A DNA stretch of 64,000 nucleotides, taken from Curvularia clavata (lineage: Eukaryota). The notes below the pieces were generated by a model. The model did not search any database, was not told the DNA's origin, and was given only the letters and a program-made list of their open reading frames with translations. Below are positions 27,322 through 39,475 of this stretch, piece by piece. Location: contig CP089276.1 of assembly GCA_023920165.1 (NCBI GenBank), forward strand, positions 744,001 through 808,000, read 5' to 3'. Position 1 is the stretch's first letter. Every line of letters starts with the position of its first letter. A program made the translations under genes and the position numbers.

Positions 27322-29601
27322 ATGTCCTATCGGGGAAGGCCCAGCAAGGGTTGCGAGGCTTGTCGAGCCCGTAAGGTCAAAGTGAGCACTTTTCTTTTAC
27401 TCAGGGCCGCCCGAAGACAAGGCTAATGTCAGCGTAGTGCGACGAAGCTAGGCCGTCGTGCAGTCGCTGCACAAAGTCCAACCACGAATGCAAGTACCGC
27501 GACCAGGCCGATATCCTCTTTCGGAACCAGACTGCTTCTGCTGCGCAGAGAGCAGAGGAATCATGGCGAAAGAGGTCCAAATCTCACCAGCGTCCATCTA
27601 CGGTAGAGAATAGTGCTCCCTACGTGAAGACTCCTCCAAGCGATGAATCGACTCCGCCGGCGCTCGACGACACGCGTTCCTCCAACGGCAGCGTACATTC
27701 GCCGAGTGGGTCGACTGACGACCCCTCCTCTCAAGATGCATCCAACATTGCCCTCGCCACTATTGACCTTAGTAAAATGACCATTACGCCCGCAGTGAAC
27801 CCTGACTTTCGCCGAAAAGCATTTGAGCGCTTCGTGTACGACTTTGTTCTGCCAGACTCGCCGACACGGCCAAAGGACGAGCCTTCTGATGCGTTGTGGA
27901 CTTTTATCCCCGTGCTGTACCAGGGCGCCGCGGAGGACTCTCTGATAGCTACTACTGTCGATGCTGTTTCTTATGTCAACTACGCGAATCGATGCAACGA
28001 TGCCCATGCCGCTGCATTAGGCGAGGAGTGCGTTGCCAAGGCTATTCCCATGTTGACCAAGGTCATTGCGGATAAGAAGCGGTCGGCCACCAACGAAGCA
28101 TTATGCTCAGTCTATCTTATGGGAGTTTATGAGGTATGCAGAGATTCTTGTGAATAAGGAAGCAAAATCTAACTTGGTTAGAACCTCACCAACGTGCAGC
28201 GAAAAGGCACGTTTCTTGCTCATCACCACGGCGCAACGGCTTTACTGCAGCTGCGAACGGTAGAGCAGTACTACAGCGATCCAATCTCAGCCAGAGTCTA
28301 CGAAGTCGCCTATGCACAGATGGTAACATTGCTCCATGTGTTTTCTGTACCTCGCTGACTCCCCACAGTTACTCGGCAACCTACAATCTGCCAAGCGCCC
28401 GCCCATGCCTACGAGAGAAGTGGTCAAGTCAGAAGAATACCTTCCAAGTCTCTACAGCAACTCTAATGTCTTTGTTATTCGGCTGATCTGGAGAGAAGCC
28501 ATGCTCCATGCGCAATGGCACGAGATCAAGCAAAGCGCGCATCCGCCTATGACCCGCTTGGCGATGCAAGAAATTCTACAGGCTGCTATCCAGTTGGAAA
28601 ATGACTTTCAGGCCTGGGAGTCGGCAATAACGCCAGCTTGGGATTACCAAATTGCACCAAACACACCAGAAGCTCGGGCAGCGTATGACGAGAAATGGCA
28701 GAGCCTCTTCTTGGCGTGTCGAGGCGCGCCGCCGGAGATTCATGCATACCCTAGCCTTAAGAGATGTTGGATATGGGGGTTTTACCGAACGACCCGGATA
28801 TTTCTTCTGCGTGACCTTCTCGAGATGCTGAATTGGATGTTGCGATTCCCGGAACCGGCTCCGTCGTATATTTCCCAAACTGGATCCGGACCGACAGCGC
28901 TGGGTGGAGAACCTATCTCCACTGCATTCAGTACTAGAAGCCTGCGCATGCGTCATTCAGCTGTTACTACTCACCTGGTCGAACTCATTGAGAGAAATAG
29001 CTCAGCTCTGCTTGGCAGTTTTACCGTCCCCATACATCTCAAGTCGTATCACGACGTTGTGGGCATGAGAGGTTACATTTGCTTATGGCCATTGGGTATC
29101 ATGGATGCCGCCCTCAGCTCAGGTCTTGTTCCTGACATCAATACACCACAGCCACCAACCGATTTTTCATCTGCTCAGATACCATCACCGAATTCCGACA
29201 GTTTCCGACCAAGCAGCGACTCGAATCTCAAGCATGCATATGCAGTAGCACCACCGTTTTCAGAACTTTCTACTATCATCTCGAGCACGGACAGCGACCA
29301 AGCATCGAGCACAAGCAACAGCCCAGTGAACAATGTACCAGCATACGACCACATGGCGAAGAAGAACCACGTCTTTGACTCGAACCCGGCGCACCCTTAC
29401 GACGGCCCAGTTAATCTTCCACCGGATTTTGAAGTGCCTGAGCCAAAGACATTGGATGTAGCGGCGAGACGCGAGTGGATCAACCGACTCATGTACTACG
29501 TAGCGATGGAGCTGGGGCTGAAGAAGGCGCTCTATGTACCGCTGACCGAGGGCTACCTACCGATAGTGAAGCCTAGTGTCGATCACATCCTGGGGCGGTG
29601 A
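27322..29601 (+). CDS. Zn(II)2Cys6 transcription factor (introns 27382-27437, 28134-28181, 28323-28368)
   Basis: Not in the ORF track as one piece. Spliced N-terminus MSYRGRPSKGCEACRARKVK|CDEARPSCSRCTKSNHEC is a complete binuclear cluster. The downstream region contains HHHGATALLQLR. Confidence 0.92.
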
Positions 29602-30690
29602 AACGGTACATAAGAGAAAGCACACTGAGACTTACGACGTATGAAGCAACAAGCGCACGTCGATGAGAGCATCCTGTCGGCTTTTTTTGAGCTTGCATCA
29701 GCAAGACATTATCTTGTGATTATTATTATTATTATTTTCGACGACCAGGCAACATATTAGTCGCATTCTAGTTTGGGCATATCTAGCGCTTATTTGACGG
29801 ATGGGTATCTGAGGAGAATGGTACATTTGTATATAGGAAGGATGTACGGAATTGTGATGCTGGTCATTGATGGGTAGTCAGTACTAGGAAGAAATCAACG
29901 CCATATGAATATTGACCTGTTCTCGTGTTAGTATGATGTGCTCCATTACCCCGGATTGCTGTCTGATCCAATAAATTCGCTGCTCCGCATGTAGGCATCA
30001 ACGGGAGTTTGATGGGAGAATGAACAATGTCGTATTTTAGGACCTCCCACCCAGTGGACACAAATATCGCGACTCAACATCGGCCAATACCCACGAAAAT
30101 CACCAAGGGAGCCAAAAGTGTTCTTACTTTGCAAGCCTAAGATTCCACCATAACAAGATATTTATGAGAAAAGGGACTTGGCATTCTCTTCTCAACATTT
30201 TGGATGATATCATGAAGCTTGTAACGATTAAAAAACCCTGGAAGGAGAGTATATTACTTTACGTCAAGTACAAGATGATTCAGAGTCTCGAATCCTATCT
30301 CAAGCCACGGAGATACGCCCCGCGCTAATCTAATCCCCGACCCCACATTCTACGCTTACATAACGCACCGCCGCTATCTGAGCTCTCACTCGACTTTCAC
30401 TTGTCGCTCTTCAGCCTCAAACGCCCTTCCCGGACTCCGCAATTGACGCTAGTGCTGCAGCGGTATCAGAACGGAACTTGTGGTTTCTTTGTCTCGCTCC
30501 AATCCTTTGTGAATATCCAGCACAAGCATAGTAGAGCCCACGTGGTCAGAAGTTGGAAGGGGAAAAAAAGCGGCAGTCATCAATTGCAAAAAAAGAAGGA
30601 GGCAGAAAAACTGAAAGAGAAGGACGCAATTCTGAGGAAACCTAAACTATCAATCCAAAAAGAGAAAGGACATTTGAAAACTCGCCCAAA

Positions 30691-31353
30691 ATGGACATCC
30701 GCGTTCTTCACCCCTCGGACATCCCACACGTCCAACTGGCCAACATCACCAACCTACCGGAAAACTACTTTTGCAAGTACTACCTGTACCACGCCATGAG
30801 CTGGCCCCAACTTTCGTACGTTGCCGTCGACGTCTCTCGCCCGCCAAAATCCCCCTACGACCCCCCGAAGATCGTGGGGTACGTGCTGGCCAAGATGGAA
30901 GAGGAGCCTACCGACGGCGTGCAGCACGGCCACATTACTTCCTTGTCTGTCATGCGAACGCACCGCCGCCTGGGGCTTGCTGAGAAGCTGATGCGGCAGA
31001 GCCAGCGCGCAATGGCGGAAACTTTCAATGCTCACTATGTGTCGCTCCACGTCCGTGTGTCGAATACAGCAGCGCTGCATTTGTATCGCAACACGCTGGG
31101 TTTTACAGTGGATAAGGTGGAGCCAAAGTACTATGCCGATGGGGAAGATGCGTATAGTATGCGGATTGAGCTGGCCGAGTTGAAGGAGAAGATCAAGGAG
31201 GACGAGAGGGAAATTTTTGGATCCGAGGGAGTGGATGAGGGCGAGGCGGTGGGGAGCGAAGGGCGCGAGGAGATGAAGAAGGTGAGGGTGGGTAGGGGGA
31301 GGGGAGTTGTAGATTTGGTGGAGAAGAATGAGGCTGCTGCTACTGCGGCTTGA
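30691..31353 (+). CDS. ARD1: NatA N-terminal acetyltransferase catalytic subunit
   Basis: [70 protein letters not shown]. Confidence 0.96.
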   Translation: MDIRVLHPSDIPHVQLANITNLPENYFCKYYLYHAMSWPQLSYVAVDVSRPPKSPYDPPKIVGYVLAKMEEEPTDGVQHGHITSLSVMRTHRRLGLAEKLMRQSQRAMAETFNAHYVSLHVRVSNTAALHLYRNTLGFTVDKVEPKYYADGEDAYSMRIELAELKEKIKEDEREIFGSEGVDEGEAVGSEGREEMKKVRVGRGRGVVDLVEKNEAAATAA

Positions 31354-31787
31354 AGGACGGGATAGGAGAAGGGGGAGAAGAGGATGAACATCAAGAGCAT
31401 AGAAGAGAGATGGAGAAAAGAATAAAAAAAAATTGAATATACTACGAACGAATCAAAGTCTTGGTATCTATCTAGATTAAAAGCGAGGTTGTCCATGTCT
31501 CGTGACAAGATGATCAGCGAGACGGAATGCCAGAAATACAACCACTTGGGATCTCTCTCTCCACTCCTCTTTCGTTTCGAAAAAAAAAACGCCAACTAAC
31601 AATGCAAGACAAACATCTCGTTGAAATCGAAAAAAGCCGCCAGATTACAACAATGATACATCCCAAGCAGCCGGTAAATGGATATCGTAAATGAGTTCGT
31701 TAAAAAAAAGTCGGCATGACCTTCGTGTCCGTTGTCTTTTCATGGCACCGTTTCATCCGTCATGCCAGTAAGTAAAAACGCTCATGA

Positions 31788-33428
31788 CTACATCAAGCCA
31801 CCCAGCACCACCTTGCCCACGCCTCCGACCTCACTCTTGACGCCGGCACGACAACTATCCTCAAACTCCCTGACTACGCCTGCGAGAATAATCTTTCTGA
31901 CTTTGGCATCCGCTTTGTTGAACAAATCACCGACTAGACTGGGTACACCACCGCCGGCAATGGCGACACTCTCGGGGGTACTTAGCATGGATAGGATGCG
32001 CGTGTAGCAGTCGATGAGAACATCGCAGAGGGTGGCAAAGGTGCTGAAGAAATCCGGGTCAAAAGGCAGCGAAGGTGTTTGCAGATGGGTATAAGATTCG
32101 TTTGGCAACAGCAAGTCGTCGGTGGGCGGAGAGTCCATATTCATGCCCTCGTTGCCCGTGAAGGAGTTACTTGGGGTCAAGAGGGGGAAGTCGCCGGTGG
32201 CGCTGCTGCTTCTGCGGCCTTTGCTGGATATGCCCATGCCCATGCCCATGTTTGCGCGCTTGAACATTTGTGGAAGGCGGGCGCGGCTGAGGGTCGAGGG
32301 GTGGGAGCCGTCGGTTGGGTGCATGGATTGGTATTGTTCGAATTCGACGAGCAGGGCGTTGAGGGCTTTAAGGTAGTCGGAGGGCGAGTTTGCGTTGAGG
32401 TCGAGGATGGTGGGGAGAGAGAAGCCGAGGAGCAGGTAGTGGGTTGCGCGGCGGGCTTGGTTGCGCGACGTGTACGAGGGCAGGCGTGTCAGGTCGGTTT
32501 TGGAGAAGAGGAGCGTGTTGAACCAGTATATTCTGCCTTCGTGTCTGGAGGGGTGGTTAGCTGGAAGCCACGTTGGGTGAACAAGTTATACGTACGCCTT
32601 GCGCAGGTAGTCGAGGGTGGATATGCGCTTCGAGGCGAGCTCGTGGATGTGCTGGAAGACGAGGTTAGGGTTGGAGCCATTGGGGACGGGGATCGGGGCG
32701 GCTGGGCCCAGAGTGCGGTTGGACTGCTGGTTTGCCTGCAAAATGTCCTTTTGGGTGGGGGGATGCCTCAATGGCATGGGGACAGCCATGGCGAAGGGAG
32801 TCTTTGGCTTGTCTAGGCTGGAGGGGCTCCTCTCGTCGAGGTGGGAGTGGGAGCTTGGTGGGGCTGGGTCGGTACTTTTTTGCTTGTTGCGCGAGAAGGT
32901 GGAGACGGAGAGGCTTGGGCGCAAGGCATGCGAGGGGGGAGCTTGGGCGGGGGCCTTTTCGGGCTCCGGGGCGATTGTCAGCGTGGCAGAGTGGTTCCTA
33001 GTGTGGGAAGACGACGACGACGATGTCTTGCGCGTGGCGGTTGACGTGTTTGTGCGGAGCGAGGCCGAGCGCGATGTGGTGCGCAGCTGGGCGCCGAGAT
33101 CGGTGACGGACGAGGCAATGCTCTGCCTGCTTACGTGCCTGCGTCGCGAGGGCGTGGGCGGCTGCTTGGAGTGCAGGTCGGATTGGTCCGAGTCGTCGGG
33201 AGGGGGAGTGTTTAATCTATCGGCGGGCTGCAGCGTGAGCGTGGGCGGCGAGTCTGCGGGGGCAGCGTGCGTGTGGGAGACGGACAGGGACGAGGCCGTG
33301 TGGCGCGAGGCCCTGTTCTTGCTGCCAAAGATGGAGGGCCGGCGGGAGAAGATGCTCTGCGAGGGCTGCGTCTGTTGTGTCTGTTGTGTCTGCTGCTGCT
33401 GCTGGAGCTGCAGATGGTGGTTGACCAT
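31788..33428 (-). CDS. Conserved-looking fungal protein of unknown function (intron 32595-32545)
   Basis: Gln/Ser/Pro-rich N-terminus from MVNHHLQLQQQ, spliced to give KRISTLDYLRKAHEGRIYWFNT. Globular C-terminus LPFDPDFFSTFATLCDVLIDCY...DAKVRKII. Confidence 0.8.
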
Positions 33429-34164
33429 GGTGAAGTCGGTTCTGGGGGTGGGCGTGCTTGGGGCTTGGGGCTGGCAGAAAGTGTGGGGCTGCCGAGCGAT
33501 CAGGGGCTTTGGTTTCAGCTCACGGACCCTGGGTGAGCCTCCCGGCTGGGCCTGGCCTAGGTATGTATGTACAGCACAGCGCCGTCTTGTCGCACGTCGG
33601 GTCGGATGGGTGGGAGGGATGGAGCGAGGGAGGGGGCAGACACGACAGAAGCAGCGCGCGCAGGACGCGGGCGAGGGCGAGGGCGGGTCGGGGCGCTTGG
33701 GGTGTTTTAAAAGAAGAAAAAGACGTGCAGCGCGCACAGCACGGCACCTCTGCTGCCATGCCAGACGGCCATTGTGTCTCCGGTTCGTGGTGCCAGATGC
33801 TGGACTGCGCGCGCCTATCACGCCCCCAAGACATTCACCGACGCAGGAACACCAAGCCCTAGTAGAGCGCCCACCCCTGCCGCTGCCCGGCAATGCGCCC
33901 GAGAAGGGCCTAATCCCCTCTCAAGACTATCCTCGAACAGCATCGCGAAGACCCACGCGCCTGGCAGGCAGTCGGTCGCTAGCCACGTGCGCCCATGCCA
34001 GTAACATTGCCTATCGCCTTCTCCATCCCTCCCTCCTTTTCGCCGCATACCCCCCCAGCCAGTCAGCTGCCCGCCTGCCCGCCTGCCAACCGCCCGTCAG
34101 CCAGTATCCATCCTCCTCAGCCCCGCACGCCGCCGCCGCCTGCTACCCCACGCCCATCAACACC

Positions 34165-35863
34165 ATGCAGCAGCGCAGACAGAGCGCCCGAGTACGACAA
34201 CCCCCACCCAAGCGCCCTGCGCATGCAATTCGTAGCATGCAGTACTGACTAGGCACAGGGCGAATGGATCCCTACAGAGGGCCAGTGGCCCGTCGACCCT
34301 CAGCAAGACGTCCCAGTGTCCGAGGACCGCATCTGGGTCGACGGCTGCTTCGACTTTGCCCACCACGGTACGCACCCAAGCACCACGGCCGCCTTTCTGT
34401 TGTACTCACACACTCCCAGGCCACGCTGGAGCCATGCTGCAGGCCCGCCAGCTGGGCACCGAGCTCTACGTCGGCGTCCATTCGGATGAGTCCATCCTCG
34501 AGAACAAGGGCCCGACGGTGATGCGCCTGGACGAGCGGTATACAATCTCGGTACACTACACCAGCTAATCTCCGCCGGCTGACCATGATAGTGTTACCGC
34601 CGTCGAGGCCTGTCGATGGGCCACAAAGGCTATCCCCCGGGCCCCTTATGTCACCTCGCTGCCCTGGATCACCCACTACGGCTGTCAGTATGTCGTCCAC
34701 GGCGACGACATCACCTCCGACAGCGACGGAAGGGACTGCTACCGCTATGTCAAGCAGGCCGGCAGATTCAAGGTCGTCAAGCGCACACCAGGCATCTCCA
34801 CGACCGACCTAGTCGGCCGCATGCTGCTGTGCACCAAGTCACACTTCATTCCTTCGCTCGACAAGCGCCTATCCGGCGAAGAGGGCCCTGGCGACGAGGC
34901 AGAGCGCACAAGGAGTGGCCAGGAAATGCTGCAGCGCATCAAGGACTATGCAACCGATGCTTCAGGCCGTGCGCCAGGCTGTGATGTGTGGTACTGGCAT
35001 GCTTCCCGACCCGTTAAGCTGCGACGCACCACCACCAGCGCCGTCACCAGCCCGACACGCCCTGGCGCCCCGCGCCAAGAATCAAACGCCTCGCCCGTTG
35101 CGCCCGTCAAGGAGGAAAAGGGCAAGTTCAACCAGCTGGTCCAAGGCAAAGGCGTCAAGCCCGGCCAGTCGGTCGTCTACGTCGATGGCGGCTGGGATCT
35201 CTTCTCCTCGGGCCACATTGAGTTTCTGCGTTCAGTCACACAATGCGAAGAAGACCGTGCCAAGGACAATGGCTGGTACACGGAAGAAGCAAAGCAGGAG
35301 CGCATAAACAAGACGGGTGAGGACTACGGCCCGGTGTTTTTGATTGCCGGTATCCACGACGACGAAGTCATCAATCACTGGAAGGGTATCAACTACCCGA
35401 TTATGAACATCTTTGAGCGCGGTCTCTGCGTATTGCAGTGCAAGGTATGTCGAGTCGCGCCTTGTTTACTTGTTGATTTCCTTAACGCCCCCACTAACCC
35501 CAACAGTACATCCATGCCACCATCTTTGGTGCGCCCTTCTCTCTTAGCAAAGCCTTCCTCCACGCACTCCCGTACCCCTCTCCCCTGACCATCTACCATG
35601 GCAAGACAACCTTTATGCCCCTTCAGTTCGACCCCTACGCCGTGCCCAAGGCCATGAACATCTACCATGAGATTGGCGACCATGGCTTCCAAAACGTCAA
35701 CGCCGCCGAGATTGTCGCTCGCATCATGAAGGGCAGAGCTTTGTACGAAGAGAGACAGCGCAAAAAGGGTGAAAAGGCCGTCACCGAGGATGCAGAAAAA
35801 CTGCGCCAAGAAATGGAGCGCGAGCAGAGGAGGAGGGAGGTCGAGGGCCAGTTTGGTCTCTAG
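34165..35863 (+). CDS. ECT1: Ethanolamine-phosphate cytidylyltransferase (about 5 exons; first intron approx. 34192-34258)
   Basis: RIWVDGCFDFAHH|GHAGA (HxGH), GVHSD...NKGP, VVHGDD, RTPGISTTDLVGRM, and a second domain VYVDGGWDLFSSGH...YPIMNIFERGL. Exon 1 MQQRRQSAR is inferred from splice signals. Confidence 0.92.
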
Positions 35864-36385
35864 CATGGTCGTGGGGGCCTTGGTCACGTGGTGCCCAAGC
35901 AAGTGGGGTGCTTCATCGTTTGGCTGAATCAGGCCAAATCTATACCTTAACCTCAAACGGATGACGAAACACGAAATGCTATTTCAACAAGGTCTGCCAT
36001 GAAAACCTTAAGCGGTCTCTAGCCAAGAACAAAGCAATCACGCGCTGGGTCGGGAAATGACATCCAGTGTAGTTGCATCCCAGCTGATACAGACTCTTGT
36101 CCTTTGTTTTTTTTTCAACTGCAAAAGCCATTGGCTGTGACCTGGCTCAGCCAGCCTTTCGACATACTCTCGGCGCCCGAACATTAGATTACATCAACAT
36201 TGATCGGTGTGGAATGTAAGCAGCATGTGATCCCCAATTCGTTGTGGCTTGTCTTATCTCCCACTATTTCCGTCCTATCCAAGTGAATGTTGCTTGGACG
36301 TGGGACATGGATAATGCAATAAATTATCGAACCTCGTCACTACTGGCTGCCAATTGTCCCTTTGTGAAGTGGAATCGTACTTACC

Positions 36386-38126
36386 ATGGTTTTCCTAGTC
36401 CCCGTTGCTGTATTCCTCGTGGCCATCACTGTCCTGCATATCCTGCGAAAGCTCTGGCTAAACAGACATGTCTTACCTCTACCACCAGGGCCCAGAGGAC
36501 TTCCCATTGTGGGCAATGTCAACGACATGCCCAAGCCGGACGTTCTCGAGTGTCACCACTGGTTCGAGCACAAGGAAAAGTACGGTCCTATCTCGTCTGT
36601 GACTGCCATGGGCCAAACTATAGTTATCATCAACGACGCTACAATCGCTCTCGATCTCCTCCGTGACCGCTCTTCCATCTACTCTTCACGGCCCGGTTTC
36701 AATTTTGCCGGTGACATGTAAGCCTAGCTTCTAATTGCACAATTTTACAACTAGTAATAACTGAGCTGGTGCTAGGGTAGGCTGGCGTCACGTAACTGCT
36801 ATGATGCCGTACGGCGATACCTGGAAGATCCACCGGCGCAACATCACAAAGATCACAAGCACGACTACTTCGTTGGCCGAGTTCGACCGCATCCAGGAAG
36901 CCGAAGCCGCGTACTTTCTTGTCAATCTGCTCGAGGCACCAGAGCGTTTGCTAGATCATATTCGGCATGAAACCGGCAGTGTTATTCTCAAGATTGTATA
37001 TGGGTATGATACTGCTCGTCATGAGAGGGATCCACTCGTCGATATGGCGGAGACAACAGTTGCACAGTTTGCTGAAGCTTCGGTGCCGGGGAGGTGGGCT
37101 GTGGATATCTTTCCATTTTGTATGCTCTGTTGCTTTCCCACTTTGCTGGCTTCCCGTTTCTAACGCTTATGCTTAGTGAAGTACCTCCCCACCTGGGTCC
37201 CCGGAACAGACTTCAAAAAGACAGCGCAGGCCATGTCTGACCAACTAATCCAATGCGTAAACCAACCCTACGCCTTTGTCAAACAGCAAATGCGCGAAAA
37301 GCGACACTCGCCATCTTTCCTCTCGCAATCCATTGCTGTAATAGGCACAGACGCTGAAATGGAATTCATCCACAAGTGGACGGCACTTACTCTCTACCTT
37401 GGAGGCGCAGATACCGTATGTTTCCTCCCCTTCCCTATCTCCCTCCACTCCCACATGCCACCAACCAGGTGTATCTAGACCGTCTCAGCCCTCAGCATCT
37501 TCTTCCTCGCAATCTCTCTCTTCCCCAGTATCCAAAGCTCTGCCCAATCCGAACTCGACGCCCTCCTCGGGTCGCCCCCTCGCCTCCCAACAGCCCAGGA
37601 CCTCCCCCACCTCCCCTACATCGACGCCCTCGTCAAAGAAACCCTCCGCTGGCACCAAGTCGCTCCCATGGGCCTCCCCCATACCAACACCGCCCCGGAC
37701 ACCTACTCCAACTACCGCATCCCCAAAAACTCCATCCTCATCCCTAATATCTGGGCTTTTATGCACGATCCCTCCGTTTATCGTGATCCTTTTGTTTTCC
37801 GCCCAGAACGATTTTTAGGCAAGGACGCGGAGCAGGATCCGAGAGTGCATGTGTTTGGTTATGGGCGAAGGATTTGTCCGGGGAGGTATATGGCGGATAG
37901 GGCGTTGGGAGTTACAATTGCCATGACGTTGGCGGTTTTTAGTGTAGAGAGGGAGGGGGAGAATGAGGTAAGGTTTAGTCCGGGAGTACTGAGTCATCCT
38001 GGCCCGTTTAGGTGTAGGATTAAGCCGAGGTCGGGGATGCATGAGGAGGTGGTGAGGGTGGTGAAGGAGAAGGTGGCGAGTGAGAAGAGGGGTGATGCGG
38101 AGGAGTTGAGGGGGGTGAGGTGGTAA
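36386..38126 (+). CDS. Cytochrome P450, CYP64-clan/OrdA-like (introns 36718-36775, 37120-37176, 37416-37478)
   Basis: N-terminal anchor plus PPGPRGLPIVGN, I-helix GGADT|T, KETLRW (ExxR), FRPERF, heme motif FGYGRRICPG. Confidence 0.94.
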
Positions 38127-38464
38127 GGAGGTTGTGTCTGGGATCAGTTGAGCGTTAATGATGTGCGGATTTACGAGGAAGCTAATGTTTAGAGTTTGAA
38201 GTAGCTGTGCTACAGCGAATGATATGTGCATTACAATTTGAGGATTGAGTAATACATGTGGTGAAGTACAACTCTTTGCACTTGTCCGAAGCTTACCCGT
38301 CCTACCTGTCCTTCCATGTTATTTTTTCCATACTGCACATACACCCAACGGCCATTGAACTCCCCCCATAACCAATAGTTCTTCATTCTACAGACTCCTA
38401 CAACCATGTCCTCACCTTCCCCACATCCTTTGCCCAATCTTGCTACCCTTTCACCTCTCTTGTC

Positions 38465-39475
38465 TCACACACCCACCTTCCTTACCCACTCCACAAGTAG
38501 ATAGGCGCCACTCGCCACGCCGGACCCCAGCAACGGCCCGACCCAATAAATCCAATCGTACCCTTGAAACTCCGTCACAACCGCGGGCCCAAAACTCCTC
38601 GCTGGATTCAGACTGCCCCCTGTAAAATACACACTACTCAACTCGGCTACAAACAGGGCTCCACCAATGTACATGGGTTTTGAGTGCGCGCGCTCAAGCA
38701 TCAGAATGGTAAGGACTAGTTGAGCCGTGACGAAGGCTTCGAGGAAGAGGCCACGGGTTATTGAGATGGAGGGCGAGAGCGTCGTGGTGACGGTGAGGGC
38801 GCCCGGGAGGAGGCCTGAGATGAAGGCTGACGCGGCGATGGAGGCGATGAGTTGCGAGAAAATGGTTTGGACGGCGCGGTACCAGTGAATTTTGCGCGTG
38901 AGGAGGAGGGCAGTGGTTACCTTTGTGGAGTTAGATAGGGGTTCGAGCGGAGTTAGCAAGAGAGTGATTTCATGTTGTTGTGAGGTGCTTCAAGGTTGCT
39001 CTAAGGTTGATTTGGGATGGTGTGATACGGTTGTTAGGTGCTGACGTATGGGGTACTTACAGCTGGGTTCTATTTATACATTAGCTTTGTCATTTCTGGA
39101 GACTTGATATCAATGCTTCTTCTCAGATAGGAGACTTACAAACTTCCCACCACTAACATCAGCAAAGATGGCGACGTTGATAGCGAGCGAAATGCCAAAG
39201 GAAAAGGATATGTAGAGCAGCTTGGACACGTTTGGAGGGGGATTCTCGGTCTCCGCTACACCCGGGCTGCTGCTCACTGCGTTTAGCGCAATCTGGGTGC
39301 CGCTAAAGGCCATGGAGAGAAACATGAACGTCCCGATAAACTCTCCTAGAAAAGCAGGGGCTTCAGTGCGGAAGCTGTGGTGTGGTCTCGGGGGCTCAGA
39401 GGGCGTTGCCGTCGATACCTCGTGCAATGGGAGCATGGAGCCATGGTCCTTATCGTGGGAACCGTTTACTGACAT
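38465..39475 (-). CDS. Aquaporin (MIP family); exons 39475-39140, 39069-39061, 38920-38465
   Basis: GEFIGTFMFL, ISFSFG, VSGGKF|NPA|VT, FLEAFVTAQLV, TGGSLNPARSFGP, WIYWVGP. Confidence 0.93.

Noticed and set aside
30401..30690. A-rich upstream ORF as an ARD1 N-terminal extension
   Set aside because: Different frame with a non-ATG start. ARD1 begins normally at MDIR (30691).
32617..34248. 543-aa + strand ORF
   Set aside because: Largely antisense to a spliced gene and runs through GC-rich promoter DNA. Its composition mirrors the opposite-strand codons. Only its last part coincides with ECT1 exon 1.
34264..34521. ATG 34264 as the ECT1 start
   Set aside because: Out of frame with RIWVDGCFDF. 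An upstream exon from 34165 gives the correct frame.
35173..35230. SSGH instead of HxGH in the second ECT1 domain
   Set aside because: A degenerate second cytidylyltransferase domain is what I expect in filamentous fungal ECT1, so this is not evidence of a pseudogene or novelty.
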